Source: Planctomycetota bacterium (lineage in GTDB: Bacteria > Planctomycetota > UBA8108 > SXIK01). From it: DNA of 64,000 nucleotides. The notes below the pieces were generated by a model. It saw only the letters and a program-made list of their open reading frames with translations. It had not been told where the DNA came from and made no database searches. This document shows, in pieces, positions 29,769 to 39,766 of this stretch. Made by a program: the position numbers and the translations under genes. How positions within the stretch are numbered: the stretch's first letter is position 1; every line of letters starts with the position of its first letter. The stretch spans positions 7,360,001 through 7,424,000 of the forward strand of contig OZ244999.1 in the NCBI GenBank assembly GCA_965223265.1. The letters are read 5' to 3'.

Positions 29769-31295
29769 TTAGGTCACGAGCTCGAACAGACGATGTGTCA
29801 ACGACCGCAGTCCGGGATAGAGATCGCGGTAGATCTCGAAAAGTTCATCGTAACGGCGAGCGTGCTCCGGGCGCGGCTCAAGGATCGTTTCGATCTGCGT
29901 CGCGCTCTGGACGATTCGCTGCACTTCCGCCTCAGAGGCTACGTCACCGCGAGCGTGTGCGCCCATCAGCGCAGCCCCAAGCGCTGCGCCCTCCGTCACC
30001 GAAGCGATGGCGATGGGGCGATTCAATATGTCGGCGGCGATTTGCATCCAGACGGGCGACTTGGCGGCGCCGCCGATCGCTTTGTAGCAACTGATCTCGA
30101 CTCCGGCCTCCGCGAGTAGCTCGCTGTTGAGCCGAATCTCGTACACGATTCCCTCCAGGATCGCCTTGACGAGTTCCTTGCGCGTCGTCGTCAGACGGAG
30201 GCCCATCACAGCGCCCATAGCGTGAGGGTCGAGCCAAGGCGTGCCGGTGGTGGTGAAATGAGGCAGCACGACCAAACCGGACGGCGCTTCGGGTAGATCC
30301 GATGTGATCACCTCGTATGGATCGACCCCGCGCTCACGCGCGAGGCCGAGCTCGCCGCCAGCGAGCTGGTCACGGTACCACTTCAGCAAAGAGCCGCCGG
30401 TGAAGTTCCAAGCGATCGAGATCATCTGCCCATCCCCGAACGTCGGGTAATAGCACAGGTTGTTCTCCGCCATCACCTCGGCGGCGGGGATTCGCTTCAG
30501 CCGCACGCCGAGGCAGATCACCGTCCCGGTCGCCAGCATCGATTCGCCGGGCTCGATTCCTGCACCAAGAATCCCAGCCGGCTGATCGTGCAGCCCCCCA
30601 CCGAAAACGGTTCCGCGAGGCAGTCCGAACTCATCAGCCGCCGAAGCACCGAGCTCGCCGACGAGGCCGCCCGGCGCGATCGGCTCAGGCAGCAGGCTGC
30701 GGTCAAGATCTGCCGCAGACAAGATCGTATTGGACCAATCCAGCCGGTGTATATCGAACGCCAGCGTGCGCGCCGCGATGGGGTAGTCCATGCGCGGCTC
30801 GAGCCCCATGCTGGCAGCGACGAAGTCGCCGAAACATAAGAACTTCTTGGCACGCCGAAACTCATCAGGCGCGTGGTCGCGACGCCACAGAATCTTGAAG
30901 AGCGTATGGTACGAGTTGATCCCGTGCCCTGTGATGTCAAACACCTGTTGGTTTGTCAGGCGCGCACGAAACGCCTCCATCTCTCGGTCGCCGCGAGCGT
31001 CGAACCCGACGATCGCGTTCCCGACGGGTTGGTGCGTCGCATCCACCGGCGTCGCGGCCTCGCCGAGTGTCGAGGTGCCGACGCTGCGGATCGGATCACT
31101 CGCGGTGGCGGAGCCCACCTCGCGAGTCACAGCGCGCACGGCGCGGAGCACGTCGTGCGGGTCGAGCTCCAGGTGCCCGGGCTTGGGGCTCTTCAGATCA
31201 TATTCGCGATACGCGGAGGCGAGTAATCGACCGTCTTCACGAAAGGCGACCGCCTTGACGCCGGTGGTCCCTACATCGAGTCCGAGCATGCTCAT
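29769..31295 (-). CDS. FGGY family carbohydrate kinase (xylulokinase-like)
   Basis: LGLDVGTTGVKA, GGLHDQPAG, KAILEGI and GGAAKSPVWMQIAADIL; start at ATG 31295. Confidence 0.9.
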   Translation of the reverse strand: MSMLGLDVGTTGVKAVAFREDGRLLASAYREYDLKSPKPGHLELDPHDVLRAVRAVTREVGSATASDPIRSVGTSTLGEAATPVDATHQPVGNAIVGFDARGDREMEAFRARLTNQQVFDITGHGINSYHTLFKILWRRDHAPDEFRRAKKFLCFGDFVAASMGLEPRMDYPIAARTLAFDIHRLDWSNTILSAADLDRSLLPEPIAPGGLVGELGASAADEFGLPRGTVFGGGLHDQPAGILGAGIEPGESMLATGTVICLGVRLKRIPAAEVMAENNLCYYPTFGDGQMISIAWNFTGGSLLKWYRDQLAGGELGLARERGVDPYEVITSDLPEAPSGLVVLPHFTTTGTPWLDPHAMGAVMGLRLTTTRKELVKAILEGIVYEIRLNSELLAEAGVEISCYKAIGGAAKSPVWMQIAADILNRPIAIASVTEGAALGAALMGAHARGDVASEAEVQRIVQSATQIETILEPRPEHARRYDELFEIYRDLYPGLRSLTHRLFELVT

Positions 31296-31747
31296 GGCGA
31301 GAATCCTGTAAAAAGTAAGAGATTCGATGGGTCGATGATCGCGAAACGCTGTGAAAAAACAACGCCATCGAAGGGCCAGAAGCAGCTTCGCATGATCTGT
31401 ACGTCGGACGGAGCACATGTCTTCCGCCTTCGAAGCCTACTTTCGGTGCACTCACTCTCCCACCGGCTGTTCGTCTCAGCAGGCTTGCCTCGCTGATTCT
31501 CCGCCTTGTAAGATGGGTAGGTTACGAGGAATTGAGGTAGGCTGCGAATGTAGCTCCGATGCCTGCGAAGAATCCCGAGCAAGAACTGATGCGTTCTTCG
31601 CTTCTCCAGTGGGCTTTGGGGTTGGGCAGATCCGGACCTATCGCACCGTTACCCCAGCACCTGCAGAAAGGTGACAAGCCGGAGGCGTTCTTGCCGTCAC
31701 TCTTCGCCGCCGTTGGGGTTTGACGCCGCCGAAAAGCGAGAGGCGCT

Positions 31748-34700
31748 ATGCGAACCAGCCGGACGCCGTCCGCAACGTCTGACAACAACGCCTGCGAGAA
31801 ATCGCTAGCCGCAAGAGTGAGCGCGGCGGAATCGATTTCGGCCGCGGTGTCGATTCGACGTCGATGTCTCTTTTCGCTCGCGGGGCTGTTGGTCGCGATT
31901 GCAATCGTCGGGATTCCTACGTACGGTGCGGACCCGAATCCGCAGGGATTCATCCGCACGTGCGGCTACAACCTCCTTTTTCCACTCATCAATTCGTTCG
32001 GCTGCGATGGCGGCGGCATCCCGAACATGGAGCGGAACTGGGTTGCGCCGCACGACTTCGCCACAGAGAGCGCCGCGATCGGCGAACTCTGGGACGACAT
32101 CGACTACGGCCGCAGCGCCGCAGCAACCGGCCATGGCGCGCACGACCTCAGCCAGCTGTTCTTCGGCAGCGATGCCGCAGCATGGTACAGCTTACCGTCG
32201 ATCGATCCCGATCTCGCCGACCAGCTCGATACCGATGGCGTCGACTTCGCAAGCATCATCGATTTCTTCGCGGACACCTTCGCCGGCACTGAGACGAGTC
32301 CTCTGTCGCGCGTCAATGTCGTGGGTGCCGCCCAAACTTATGTCGAAAACGAAGGGAATAGCTCCGTTTGCGCCTGGTTAAACACCACGGCCAGCGGCGC
32401 GATTCAAGTCTGGGTCAACGAGCAAATCGTTCTCAGCCATAGCGACTGCGGGAATGATCCCGACCGCGTCGCCATTCAGCTCGAGCCGGGAATCAACCGC
32501 ATCACCGTGTTGTCGTGGCAGGGCGATGGGGCGTGGGACTTCACGGTCAGCTTGACCGATTTGGACGACGACAACCTGTTTCTCGCCAACTTCAATACGG
32601 CTGAAACCGGCATCGCCTTTCTTGGGGCAGAACCCACAGCGCCGCCCGTCGCGAACCTCCTGCGGGTCGCTCGTGATATCGAAGGTTCGGATTCGTGCTC
32701 GAGTGGCACCCTCACGGTTAGCCTAAAGGGGAACGGCCTCGGCGGCGGGACGACTACGCTCGCCGAGGTGTTTGACGTCAGTTCAGACCTCAACTTCTCG
32801 ATCTCGAACGTTTCCTCTGGCGGTCAAGCGCAATCGTTCCCGGTTGGCGGCAGGGTCACGTGGGTCATCTCGTGGGGAGAACTCGATGTCGCGGACATCA
32901 ACTCCAGCGGCGTCAGCTACCAGGTCTCGCTTCAGCGGGGCTCGATCGTCGAACCGCTCGGCTTCGTCAACGGCTGTTACCCGATCGTCGGGCTTCGGCG
33001 GCTGTCACGCGTCGACGTTCAGACAGGCCCGATCGGGATCTTCGACACCTCTCACGACATCGGTAGCTCTTCCGGTCTCGCGCTTGGGAGCGGAGAGTTC
33101 TCGTCGACCCTCGGCAACGACGGCATGCCCGGCACACTCGACGACGTCTACACGATTGACGCAGCGGGATCCGGCATCGGTGCGACCGGGGATGCATTTC
33201 ACTTCGCCTATCAGCGCCGCAGCGGTGAGTTCTCGCTGCGAACTCGCACCACGAGCTTGAGCTTCCCCCCCCTCGGCGGTTCGCGTGCCCGCTACGGCCT
33301 CATGGCGCGTCGCGACTGCAACCCGGACGCGCAATTCTCGATGGTGCACGCGAACCTTGAGACACTCGCCGGAGGCTTCCCCGGAGGCGATGGGGTGTAC
33401 TGGCTCTTTCGCCACGAAGACCAGATTGCCGCGAGCGTCGATGAACGTCAGAGCGTTCAGTTCCCGAAAGTGGGTGAACAACTAGAAAATCACCCCGAGT
33501 GGTTCCGTCTCGACCGCCGCGGCAACACTTTCTTTGGCTATGCCTCCAATGATGGCCTCGATTGGACGTTGGTGGGATCTAACACGTGGTACGGGCTCGA
33601 AGATAGCGATGAAGTGCTCATCGGCTTCGCGCTGACGCGCGAGTCTTCGTCAGCCCCAGGCCAGGTGATGTTCACCGAAGCCGCTCTCGGCGCGCCGCTA
33701 CCGGCAGAGATTTTCGACAACGAGATCGGCAACCCCGGCTTCGTCGTCCGCAGCGAATCCTTTGACTCGACGCCGGACGGCTCACTTCCCGCTGGCATGG
33801 TTCGGAGCTGCGCACCCAACGACTGCGAGGATACGAGTCAGCCGCCGCGAGTGGTGGACAAGCGATTACTCCTGATCTCTCAAGATGGTTTTAGCACCGC
33901 CAGTTCTGTCTTCTTCAGCGACCCCGTACCCATTCGTAGTGGGCAGCTGATCATCGAGTACACGCTGCGCCTGCAGCACACCGGCATCGTTGACGGCAAA
34001 GTCATCGGCGACCCTAATCCCGGCCATGGGATGACGATGACGGTGATCGCGGGTACGGACCCGACTCGAGTCGGCAGTGCTGCCGACGGGCTCGGCTATG
34101 CTGGAATCGGCGCTCCGAGCGTTGCCATCGAGGCGGACGCTTTCAGGTCCAAAGACGACGTCAACGAGGGGCTCGGTTCGCCGACGGACGACGGACTGTG
34201 GCATCTCGGCATCAACACGGGTGGAAACGCCCACTCGATCACCATCAGTAGCATAGCCCTGCCAGACCTTTTCGCCGCTGCAGGCGTGAGACACCGCGTC
34301 ATCCTGAACTCCGAAGGATTCGTGCAGGTGTTCGTCGCGCCCGGGGCAAACGGCGCGGGCGGCGGAGTCGAAGAAGATTTCATGCTCGCCGCAGAAGGCA
34401 ACACGGAGCCGCTAGCGACGGACGCAGAATCACTCGGAGTCGTAGGCTTCACTGGCAGCACGGCCGAGGACTCGTCGACCACCGGTGAAGTCGATGATGT
34501 TGTCATCACGTTCGTGCCATGCGACGACACACCTGAAATCGCAGCGATCGAAGAAATCAGTCGAGACGGCAACACGTTCACTCTCTCTGCGGCGGCGTCG
34601 AGCGCCGGTCAAAACGATGCGGCCGAGCCGCTCTCCTTTGCCTGGGATGTTTCGGGAACCGGCACGATCAACGGCGCTCGCAACGGAGAGACGGTGCAGC

Positions 34701-35101
34701 TCGTCGTCGGCGACGGGGAAGTTTTCCTCACCCTTACGGTCGACGATGGGCGCTGCACAAACCCAGCGGAGGCCGTGTTCGGCACAGCCACGCTGCTCCC
34801 AGGAGACGTGAATCAGGATTCCGATCTCGACATCTCAGACCCTGTGTCGCAGCTGAACTTCCTCTTCAGTTCAGGCGAATTGACCGATTGCTTCGTCGTG
34901 CCGAATTCTGTCCCGCCGCAGCTGACCAGTCTCGGCGTGACGGTCCTCGACTTCAATGGCGACGGGGAGAACGACATTTCGGATCCGGTCTCGAGCCTCA
35001 ACTACCTCTTTGCGGGACAAGGATTCCCGCCGCATGCACTTGGCGCCGACTGCGTCCGCATTCTGGGAAGCGGAGGGTGCGCGAACAACTGCGCACCGTG
35101 A
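31748..35101 (+). CDS. Large secreted acidic multidomain protein (lectin/ConA-like and PKD-like domains, C-terminal dockerin-like)
   Basis: Hydrophobic signal segment; DAFHFAYQ...WFRLDRRGNTFFGYASNDG beta-sandwich; GLGYAG...VAIEAD...GFTGST legume-lectin-like; GDVNQDSDLDISDPV / DFNGDGENDISDPV. Confidence 0.75.
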   Translation: MRTSRTPSATSDNNACEKSLAARVSAAESISAAVSIRRRCLFSLAGLLVAIAIVGIPTYGADPNPQGFIRTCGYNLLFPLINSFGCDGGGIPNMERNWVAPHDFATESAAIGELWDDIDYGRSAAATGHGAHDLSQLFFGSDAAAWYSLPSIDPDLADQLDTDGVDFASIIDFFADTFAGTETSPLSRVNVVGAAQTYVENEGNSSVCAWLNTTASGAIQVWVNEQIVLSHSDCGNDPDRVAIQLEPGINRITVLSWQGDGAWDFTVSLTDLDDDNLFLANFNTAETGIAFLGAEPTAPPVANLLRVARDIEGSDSCSSGTLTVSLKGNGLGGGTTTLAEVFDVSSDLNFSISNVSSGGQAQSFPVGGRVTWVISWGELDVADINSSGVSYQVSLQRGSIVEPLGFVNGCYPIVGLRRLSRVDVQTGPIGIFDTSHDIGSSSGLALGSGEFSSTLGNDGMPGTLDDVYTIDAAGSGIGATGDAFHFAYQRRSGEFSLRTRTTSLSFPPLGGSRARYGLMARRDCNPDAQFSMVHANLETLAGGFPGGDGVYWLFRHEDQIAASVDERQSVQFPKVGEQLENHPEWFRLDRRGNTFFGYASNDGLDWTLVGSNTWYGLEDSDEVLIGFALTRESSSAPGQVMFTEAALGAPLPAEIFDNEIGNPGFVVRSESFDSTPDGSLPAGMVRSCAPNDCEDTSQPPRVVDKRLLLISQDGFSTASSVFFSDPVPIRSGQLIIEYTLRLQHTGIVDGKVIGDPNPGHGMTMTVIAGTDPTRVGSAADGLGYAGIGAPSVAIEADAFRSKDDVNEGLGSPTDDGLWHLGINTGGNAHSITISSIALPDLFAAAGVRHRVILNSEGFVQVFVAPGANGAGGGVEEDFMLAAEGNTEPLATDAESLGVVGFTGSTAEDSSTTGEVDDVVITFVPCDDTPEIAAIEEISRDGNTFTLSAAASSAGQNDAAEPLSFAWDVSGTGTINGARNGETVQLVVGDGEVFLTLTVDDGRCTNPAEAVFGTATLLPGDVNQDSDLDISDPVSQLNFLFSSGELTDCFVVPNSVPPQLTSLGVTVLDFNGDGENDISDPVSSLNYLFAGQGFPPHALGADCVRILGSGGCANNCAP

Positions 35102-35114
35102 AGTCCGGCAGCGC

Positions 35115-37673
35115 TCACACGTTCGCTGGCTCGCGGCTGTAGAGGCGGAACCCGATAACGGAAGCTGAGCGTTCCGCCAAATAACCCAAACGACTCGCGG
35201 CACGAAAGTGCCCCGAAGTGACGATGCTCCACGAACCGCCGCGGATGACTCGCGTGCCGACGCGCTCGTCGAACCACGTTTGTGTCCACTCGCGGACGGA
35301 CCCAGCCAAATCTCGCACTCCGTACGGGGAAGTATCACCGACAAACGACCCGACTGGTTCAGGCTGCGCACTCTCCTGACGCGAAAGCCCGCCCTTGACG
35401 AAGACCCAGTCGAAGTCGTCGCCCCAAGGATGGTACCGACCGTCGACGCCACGCGCCGCTTTCTCCCAGGCATCCTCCGGTGGTAACTCGTAGGGCCGCG
35501 AATCGAGTTCTGAACGCCACTGTGCGTAGGCCCGGGCCGACTCCCACGTCACCCCGAATACCGGACAGTTGATCTCAAAGCCAGGCGGGTAGAGTCGACG
35601 AATGTCGCCGGCAACCAGAGTGTCCACAGGTCGATGCGCGCCCTTCGAGAATTCGACGAACACCTCGTCGCCTTGGCGTGGAGTGTGGGCCTTAACATCC
35701 TCACCGTGCGCCGTCAGCGCATCGAGAAAAGCACAGTACTCATGCATTGTGACCGGAAATCGAGAGATGAAGAAATCACCGAGGAAAAGCCGCTCTTTCG
35801 GCGTCGACCCTGGAGCGTCGGCGTCGCCACCGGAGAAGAATTCGCCGCCTGGGATGTAAACGAAGCCGTCACCGATCTCCGAAGCCGTTCGCAGGCGGAC
35901 GCTACCGTGGTGCTCTTCGGAGCGGTCGATGAACACGGGATAGTCAACGTCGCGGTAGCCGTCCTTTTGGAGCACGACGAGGTACGATCCCATCGGCAGT
36001 TCGGCATTCAGCGGTGTTCGTTTCGAAAAGAGTGGCTCGCCCGTGACGAGTTGTCGGCCATCGCGTTCGTAGCGGTAGAGTGTCGCGTTCGCGTCCGGTG
36101 GATCGACCTCGAGAATCAGCCTGCCATCGCCCTTGAGTCGGTCGGCGTAGCGGCCGTCATCGTAGGCGAGAATCAAGTCGTGATAGAAGGTAGCCTCCTC
36201 ACTCCGCCGCTCCGACTCTGCCTTGAGGAATCGTTTCCAGTAGAGATCGGTCAACGCCGCGCGCGCCTCCTTCGACTTCGGATTCGTCTGCACGGCGGCA
36301 TTGAGAGTCGCGATCGCCCTAGACAGCGCGTTCGCGCCGTCGCTTTTGAGAGCTTCGATGCGATCCTCCGTGTCCCAGAGTGCACGCTTCTTTTCAACCG
36401 AATCGAACGGCGCAACCTGCTGTGCCTGTCGTCGCGCCTCGGCCTGCATCTCCGCTTGCTGCTCCTCAAGACGGTTGAATCGCGAGACATACCGCCGTCC
36501 TTCTCGGACTAGTTTGAGCGCCCCTTGTCGCCGGCGTTCATGGTCCCTGGTGCCTTCGATAAAACTCTGGAGGTCTTCCTGAAACTCACGTGCACTCGAA
36601 TGCCGCGACTCCGGATCGAACGAAAGCGCCTTCATGCAAATGGATTCAAGATCTGCTGGAATTCTCGTTCCCGGAGGAGCGACCTCGCTCGGAGCGCCGA
36701 TCTTTCCACCCCGCGCTGACGTAAGGATTTCTTGGACGTTTCGACCCGCATGCGGAGGCCGAAACGAAAGGCACTCGTACAGGACAGAGCCAAGACCAAA
36801 GACGTCAGTACGCTCGTCGATGCTCGCGGCGTCGCCGCGAGCCTGCTCGGGCGACAGGTACGCCGGAGTTCCCTGGACGACACCATCGATCGTCATAAGC
36901 CCGCTTTGACTTCTTGCGGTCTCCACCGGATCTTCACCGTAGAGCTCCCGGCTGTCGCTGTCGGCCGTGACGATCTTGGCGAGTCCCCAATCCATGACGA
37001 GCACTTCGCCGTAATCCCCCACCATGATGTTCTCTGGTTTGAGATCGCGATGGATCACGCCACGGACGTTGGCGTAATGCACACCCATGGCTGCTTGTTG
37101 CACGATCTGAGCCACACGGATCGGTGTGAACTCACGGCGAACCTCTGGGCGACCGATCGAAAGATGCTGCGCGACTTCCCGCAGCGTCCGCCCTTTCACT
37201 AACTTCATCGTGAAAAAGACGCGTCCCTGCTCATCGATTCCCATCTCATGAACCGGCGGGATATTGGGATGCTCGAGCTGGCCACAGACCTGCGCCTCCT
37301 CGACAAAGCGACTGAGGCGATCCGAGTCACTGCCCGATCCACGGCGGATGACTTTCATCGCCACCCAACGGTGGAGATCCGTGTCGTACGCCTTGAGCAC
37401 CTGTCCCATGCCGCCGCGCCCAATCTCGGATGCGACGCTGTACTTACGGTCTGGCTGTCCCGGACTTGGCGGCGCGTCGGCAGGCGGCGGCGGCGTGTCG
37501 AGCGAAACAGAACCGAGGGCATTCTGAACGAGGCTCAGGACGCTATAGGTACCGATCGTCGGCGCCGTCCCCTCCGGTGTCTCTTCAGCCGCGGCATCGG
37601 CACGAGCGGATCCGGCATCGAACGAATCGTCATCTCCCGAATTGTCGCGTTTCGGCGGTTTGGAATCCGTCAT
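35115..37673 (-). CDS. Ser/Thr protein kinase fused to an FGE-sulfatase (SUMF1) domain
   Basis: IGRGGMGQV, VAMK, HRDLKPEN, DWGLAK, GTPAYLSPEQ; C-terminal WEKAARG...PWG...SPYGVRDLAGSVREW...IRGGSW...IGFRL. Confidence 0.92.
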   Translation of the reverse strand: MTDSKPPKRDNSGDDDSFDAGSARADAAAEETPEGTAPTIGTYSVLSLVQNALGSVSLDTPPPPADAPPSPGQPDRKYSVASEIGRGGMGQVLKAYDTDLHRWVAMKVIRRGSGSDSDRLSRFVEEAQVCGQLEHPNIPPVHEMGIDEQGRVFFTMKLVKGRTLREVAQHLSIGRPEVRREFTPIRVAQIVQQAAMGVHYANVRGVIHRDLKPENIMVGDYGEVLVMDWGLAKIVTADSDSRELYGEDPVETARSQSGLMTIDGVVQGTPAYLSPEQARGDAASIDERTDVFGLGSVLYECLSFRPPHAGRNVQEILTSARGGKIGAPSEVAPPGTRIPADLESICMKALSFDPESRHSSAREFQEDLQSFIEGTRDHERRRQGALKLVREGRRYVSRFNRLEEQQAEMQAEARRQAQQVAPFDSVEKKRALWDTEDRIEALKSDGANALSRAIATLNAAVQTNPKSKEARAALTDLYWKRFLKAESERRSEEATFYHDLILAYDDGRYADRLKGDGRLILEVDPPDANATLYRYERDGRQLVTGEPLFSKRTPLNAELPMGSYLVVLQKDGYRDVDYPVFIDRSEEHHGSVRLRTASEIGDGFVYIPGGEFFSGGDADAPGSTPKERLFLGDFFISRFPVTMHEYCAFLDALTAHGEDVKAHTPRQGDEVFVEFSKGAHRPVDTLVAGDIRRLYPPGFEINCPVFGVTWESARAYAQWRSELDSRPYELPPEDAWEKAARGVDGRYHPWGDDFDWVFVKGGLSRQESAQPEPVGSFVGDTSPYGVRDLAGSVREWTQTWFDERVGTRVIRGGSWSIVTSGHFRAASRLGYLAERSASVIGFRLYSREPANV

Positions 37674-37897
37674 ACGCCAGACCTTGCCTCCGTCCGCACT
37701 TCGCGCCGGGACCGCCGGCGTCTCGAAGCGAGACGCATGAGGAACCGATGAAGCGAAAGACAGGATGTCACAAAGCGGGGTGCACCGGCAAGCTCCGAGA
37801 GAGGCACGACCAGCTCACGACACCGCGATATCGAGACTGCTCAACAGGTAGGTTGGGATGTCGTATCGTCGCTGTTTTGTAGCTGTTCGCGGCGACT

Positions 37898-38485
37898 TCA
37901 GGCCTGGCGTAGAACCGCTTTGAGCTTTCGGGCCGCCCGTGATTCACGCATTCGGACTGCAGTTGCGGTGATGCCGAGTTCGGCTGCGATCTCAGGCGAC
38001 TTCTTGCCGGCAAAACGAAGCTCGATCACAAGGCGCTGCTCTTCCGGCAGCTGCGCGATCGCGTCCCGCAGGCGCTGTTTCATCTCGTCACGGACTACCT
38101 CTTCGACTGCAGGAGCTGCATCATCGACAGCACGCTCGGCAGCGTCGTTCATGCCGATCTGCGGCTTCTTGCGGCGCACAGCTCGCCCGATCTTGCGGCG
38201 CAGAATCGTTCGCAGCCACTGAAAAAACTCGGCCTCGGACTCGCCGCGAAACTGGGAGGCATCAAGCCAACCGCTTCGTAGCGCGCTTTGCATGACGTCC
38301 ATGCTGTCGACGAAATCACGGGCACGATCGTTTCGGGGCAAGAGTCGCCGAGCTAGAGCCATGAGCTCGGCACCTTCCTTCTCTTGATTAGCCAGGCGGG
38401 AAAAAATCTCTTGCCAGGCGTCCGATTCACCCGCGCGAGCATGCTGCAGCAAAGCCTTGAAGGACGATCGGCGAGGAGCGTTCAT
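37898..38485 (-). CDS. ECF RNA polymerase sigma factor
   Basis: DSMDVMQS...FRGESEAEFFQWLRTI region 2 and QLPEEQRLVIELR...EIAAELG region 4. Confidence 0.9.
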   Translation of the reverse strand: MNAPRRSSFKALLQHARAGESDAWQEIFSRLANQEKEGAELMALARRLLPRNDRARDFVDSMDVMQSALRSGWLDASQFRGESEAEFFQWLRTILRRKIGRAVRRKKPQIGMNDAAERAVDDAAPAVEEVVRDEMKQRLRDAIAQLPEEQRLVIELRFAGKKSPEIAAELGITATAVRMRESRAARKLKAVLRQA

Positions 38486-38534
38486 GAGAGACTCACGCGC
38501 AGAACGATGGAATGCGAATTAGCCAAACTCCAGT

Positions 38535-39530
38535 TCAGCCTCCAATCTGCGACATGGAGCGCGATGCTCGCACGAATTCGGGAGAGTTGATCTGGTGCCC
38601 CGGCTCCTTGTCCCAAACCGCGCGGCGCAAGACCTCGGCGATTTGCTTGTCAGTCGCGTCGCTCCGCACGAGACTGACAAGATCCGTCTCCTTGACCGAA
38701 AAAAGGCACGTTCGCAGTTTCCCGTCCGCGGTGAGTCGAATGCGGTTGCATTGTTCGCAGAACGGCTCGGTCACCGAGTTGATGAAACCGACTTTTCCAC
38801 CCACGCCATCGCCAAACACGTAGTCCCGTGCTGGAGCCGTCGACGACTGCGCTGGATCGGGGCGAAGAGGGTATGCGGCGTGAATGCGTTCTCGGATCTC
38901 CTTGCCGCTCATCATGACGTCTCGGCTCCAGGCGTTTTGCGCATCAAGCGGCATGAACTCGATGAAACGCACCTCGAACGAACGATTCCGCGCGAGCTCC
39001 GCGAAACGCAGAAGTTCATGATCGTTGACTGAGCGTAGGATCACCGCATTCACCTTGATCGGCCCCTCAAACCAACGCGCTGCGGCATCGAGCCCGCGGA
39101 GGACTTGCTCGAGTCCATCTCTCTTGGCCAGGCGCATGAAATTCTGACGAAGCAGCGAGTCAAGACTGACATTGATTCGCTTGAGGCCGGCAGCCGAGAG
39201 CTTCTCCGCACTTTGCTCGAGGAGTAGGCCGTTCGTTGTCAGCGAGATGTCGTCGACTCCATCGAGGCGCTCAAGGAGCGCGACCAGTCGATGAAGATCA
39301 CGCCGCAGAAGTGGTTCCCCACCGGTCAGCCGAATCCGGCGCACACCGAGTCCAGCGGCGATGCGTACAAGGCGGACGATCTCCTCGAACGTCAGCAGAC
39401 TGTCGCGCGGCAGCCACTCGAGCCCCTCTTCGGGCATGCAGTAGGTGCAGCGGAAGTTGCAACGATCCGTGACGGAGATCCGCAGGTTGTCGATCACCCG
39501 TCCATGTCGGTCTTGCAGCATTGGACTCAA
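38535..39530 (-). CDS. moaA: GTP 3',8-cyclase MoaA
   Basis: LRISVTDRCNFRCTYCM, LTGGEP, FCEQCNRIRLTADGKLRTCL and C-terminal MSQIGG. Confidence 0.97.
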   Translation of the reverse strand: MSPMLQDRHGRVIDNLRISVTDRCNFRCTYCMPEEGLEWLPRDSLLTFEEIVRLVRIAAGLGVRRIRLTGGEPLLRRDLHRLVALLERLDGVDDISLTTNGLLLEQSAEKLSAAGLKRINVSLDSLLRQNFMRLAKRDGLEQVLRGLDAAARWFEGPIKVNAVILRSVNDHELLRFAELARNRSFEVRFIEFMPLDAQNAWSRDVMMSGKEIRERIHAAYPLRPDPAQSSTAPARDYVFGDGVGGKVGFINSVTEPFCEQCNRIRLTADGKLRTCLFSVKETDLVSLVRSDATDKQIAEVLRRAVWDKEPGHQINSPEFVRASRSMSQIGG

Positions 39531-39701
39531 CGATTCGCGTTATCGGTTCGCCGTTGACCGCCGGGCGCACCGGCGGCTGAGATTTCAAGCGCTGGGGCGC
39601 CTGTCCCAGCGAGGCCCGTCATTGTAGCACGACCGGGCGGCGAACAGCGACAGGGGGAGAGGCTGGGCACGGGTGACATCCTATGTGCGAGCTGCTACTA
39701 T

Positions 39702-39718
39702 TGTGCAGTCAGTGCACA
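39702..39718. promoter_or_regulatory. Dyad TGTGCA-N5-TGCACA, candidate autoregulatory enhancer box
   Basis: Perfect 6-bp inverted repeat about 50 bp before the probable start of the enhancer-binding protein; related box at 42016-42032. Confidence 0.5.
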
Positions 39719-39766
39719 CATCCGCGGCAGTCGCCGCGACGCTCTTCTCCAAGCGAGAACCCTCTC

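Noticed and set aside
35115-35900. FGE/C-type-lectin domain as a possible DGR target
   Set aside because: No reverse transcriptase and no adenine-variant template repeat in the window
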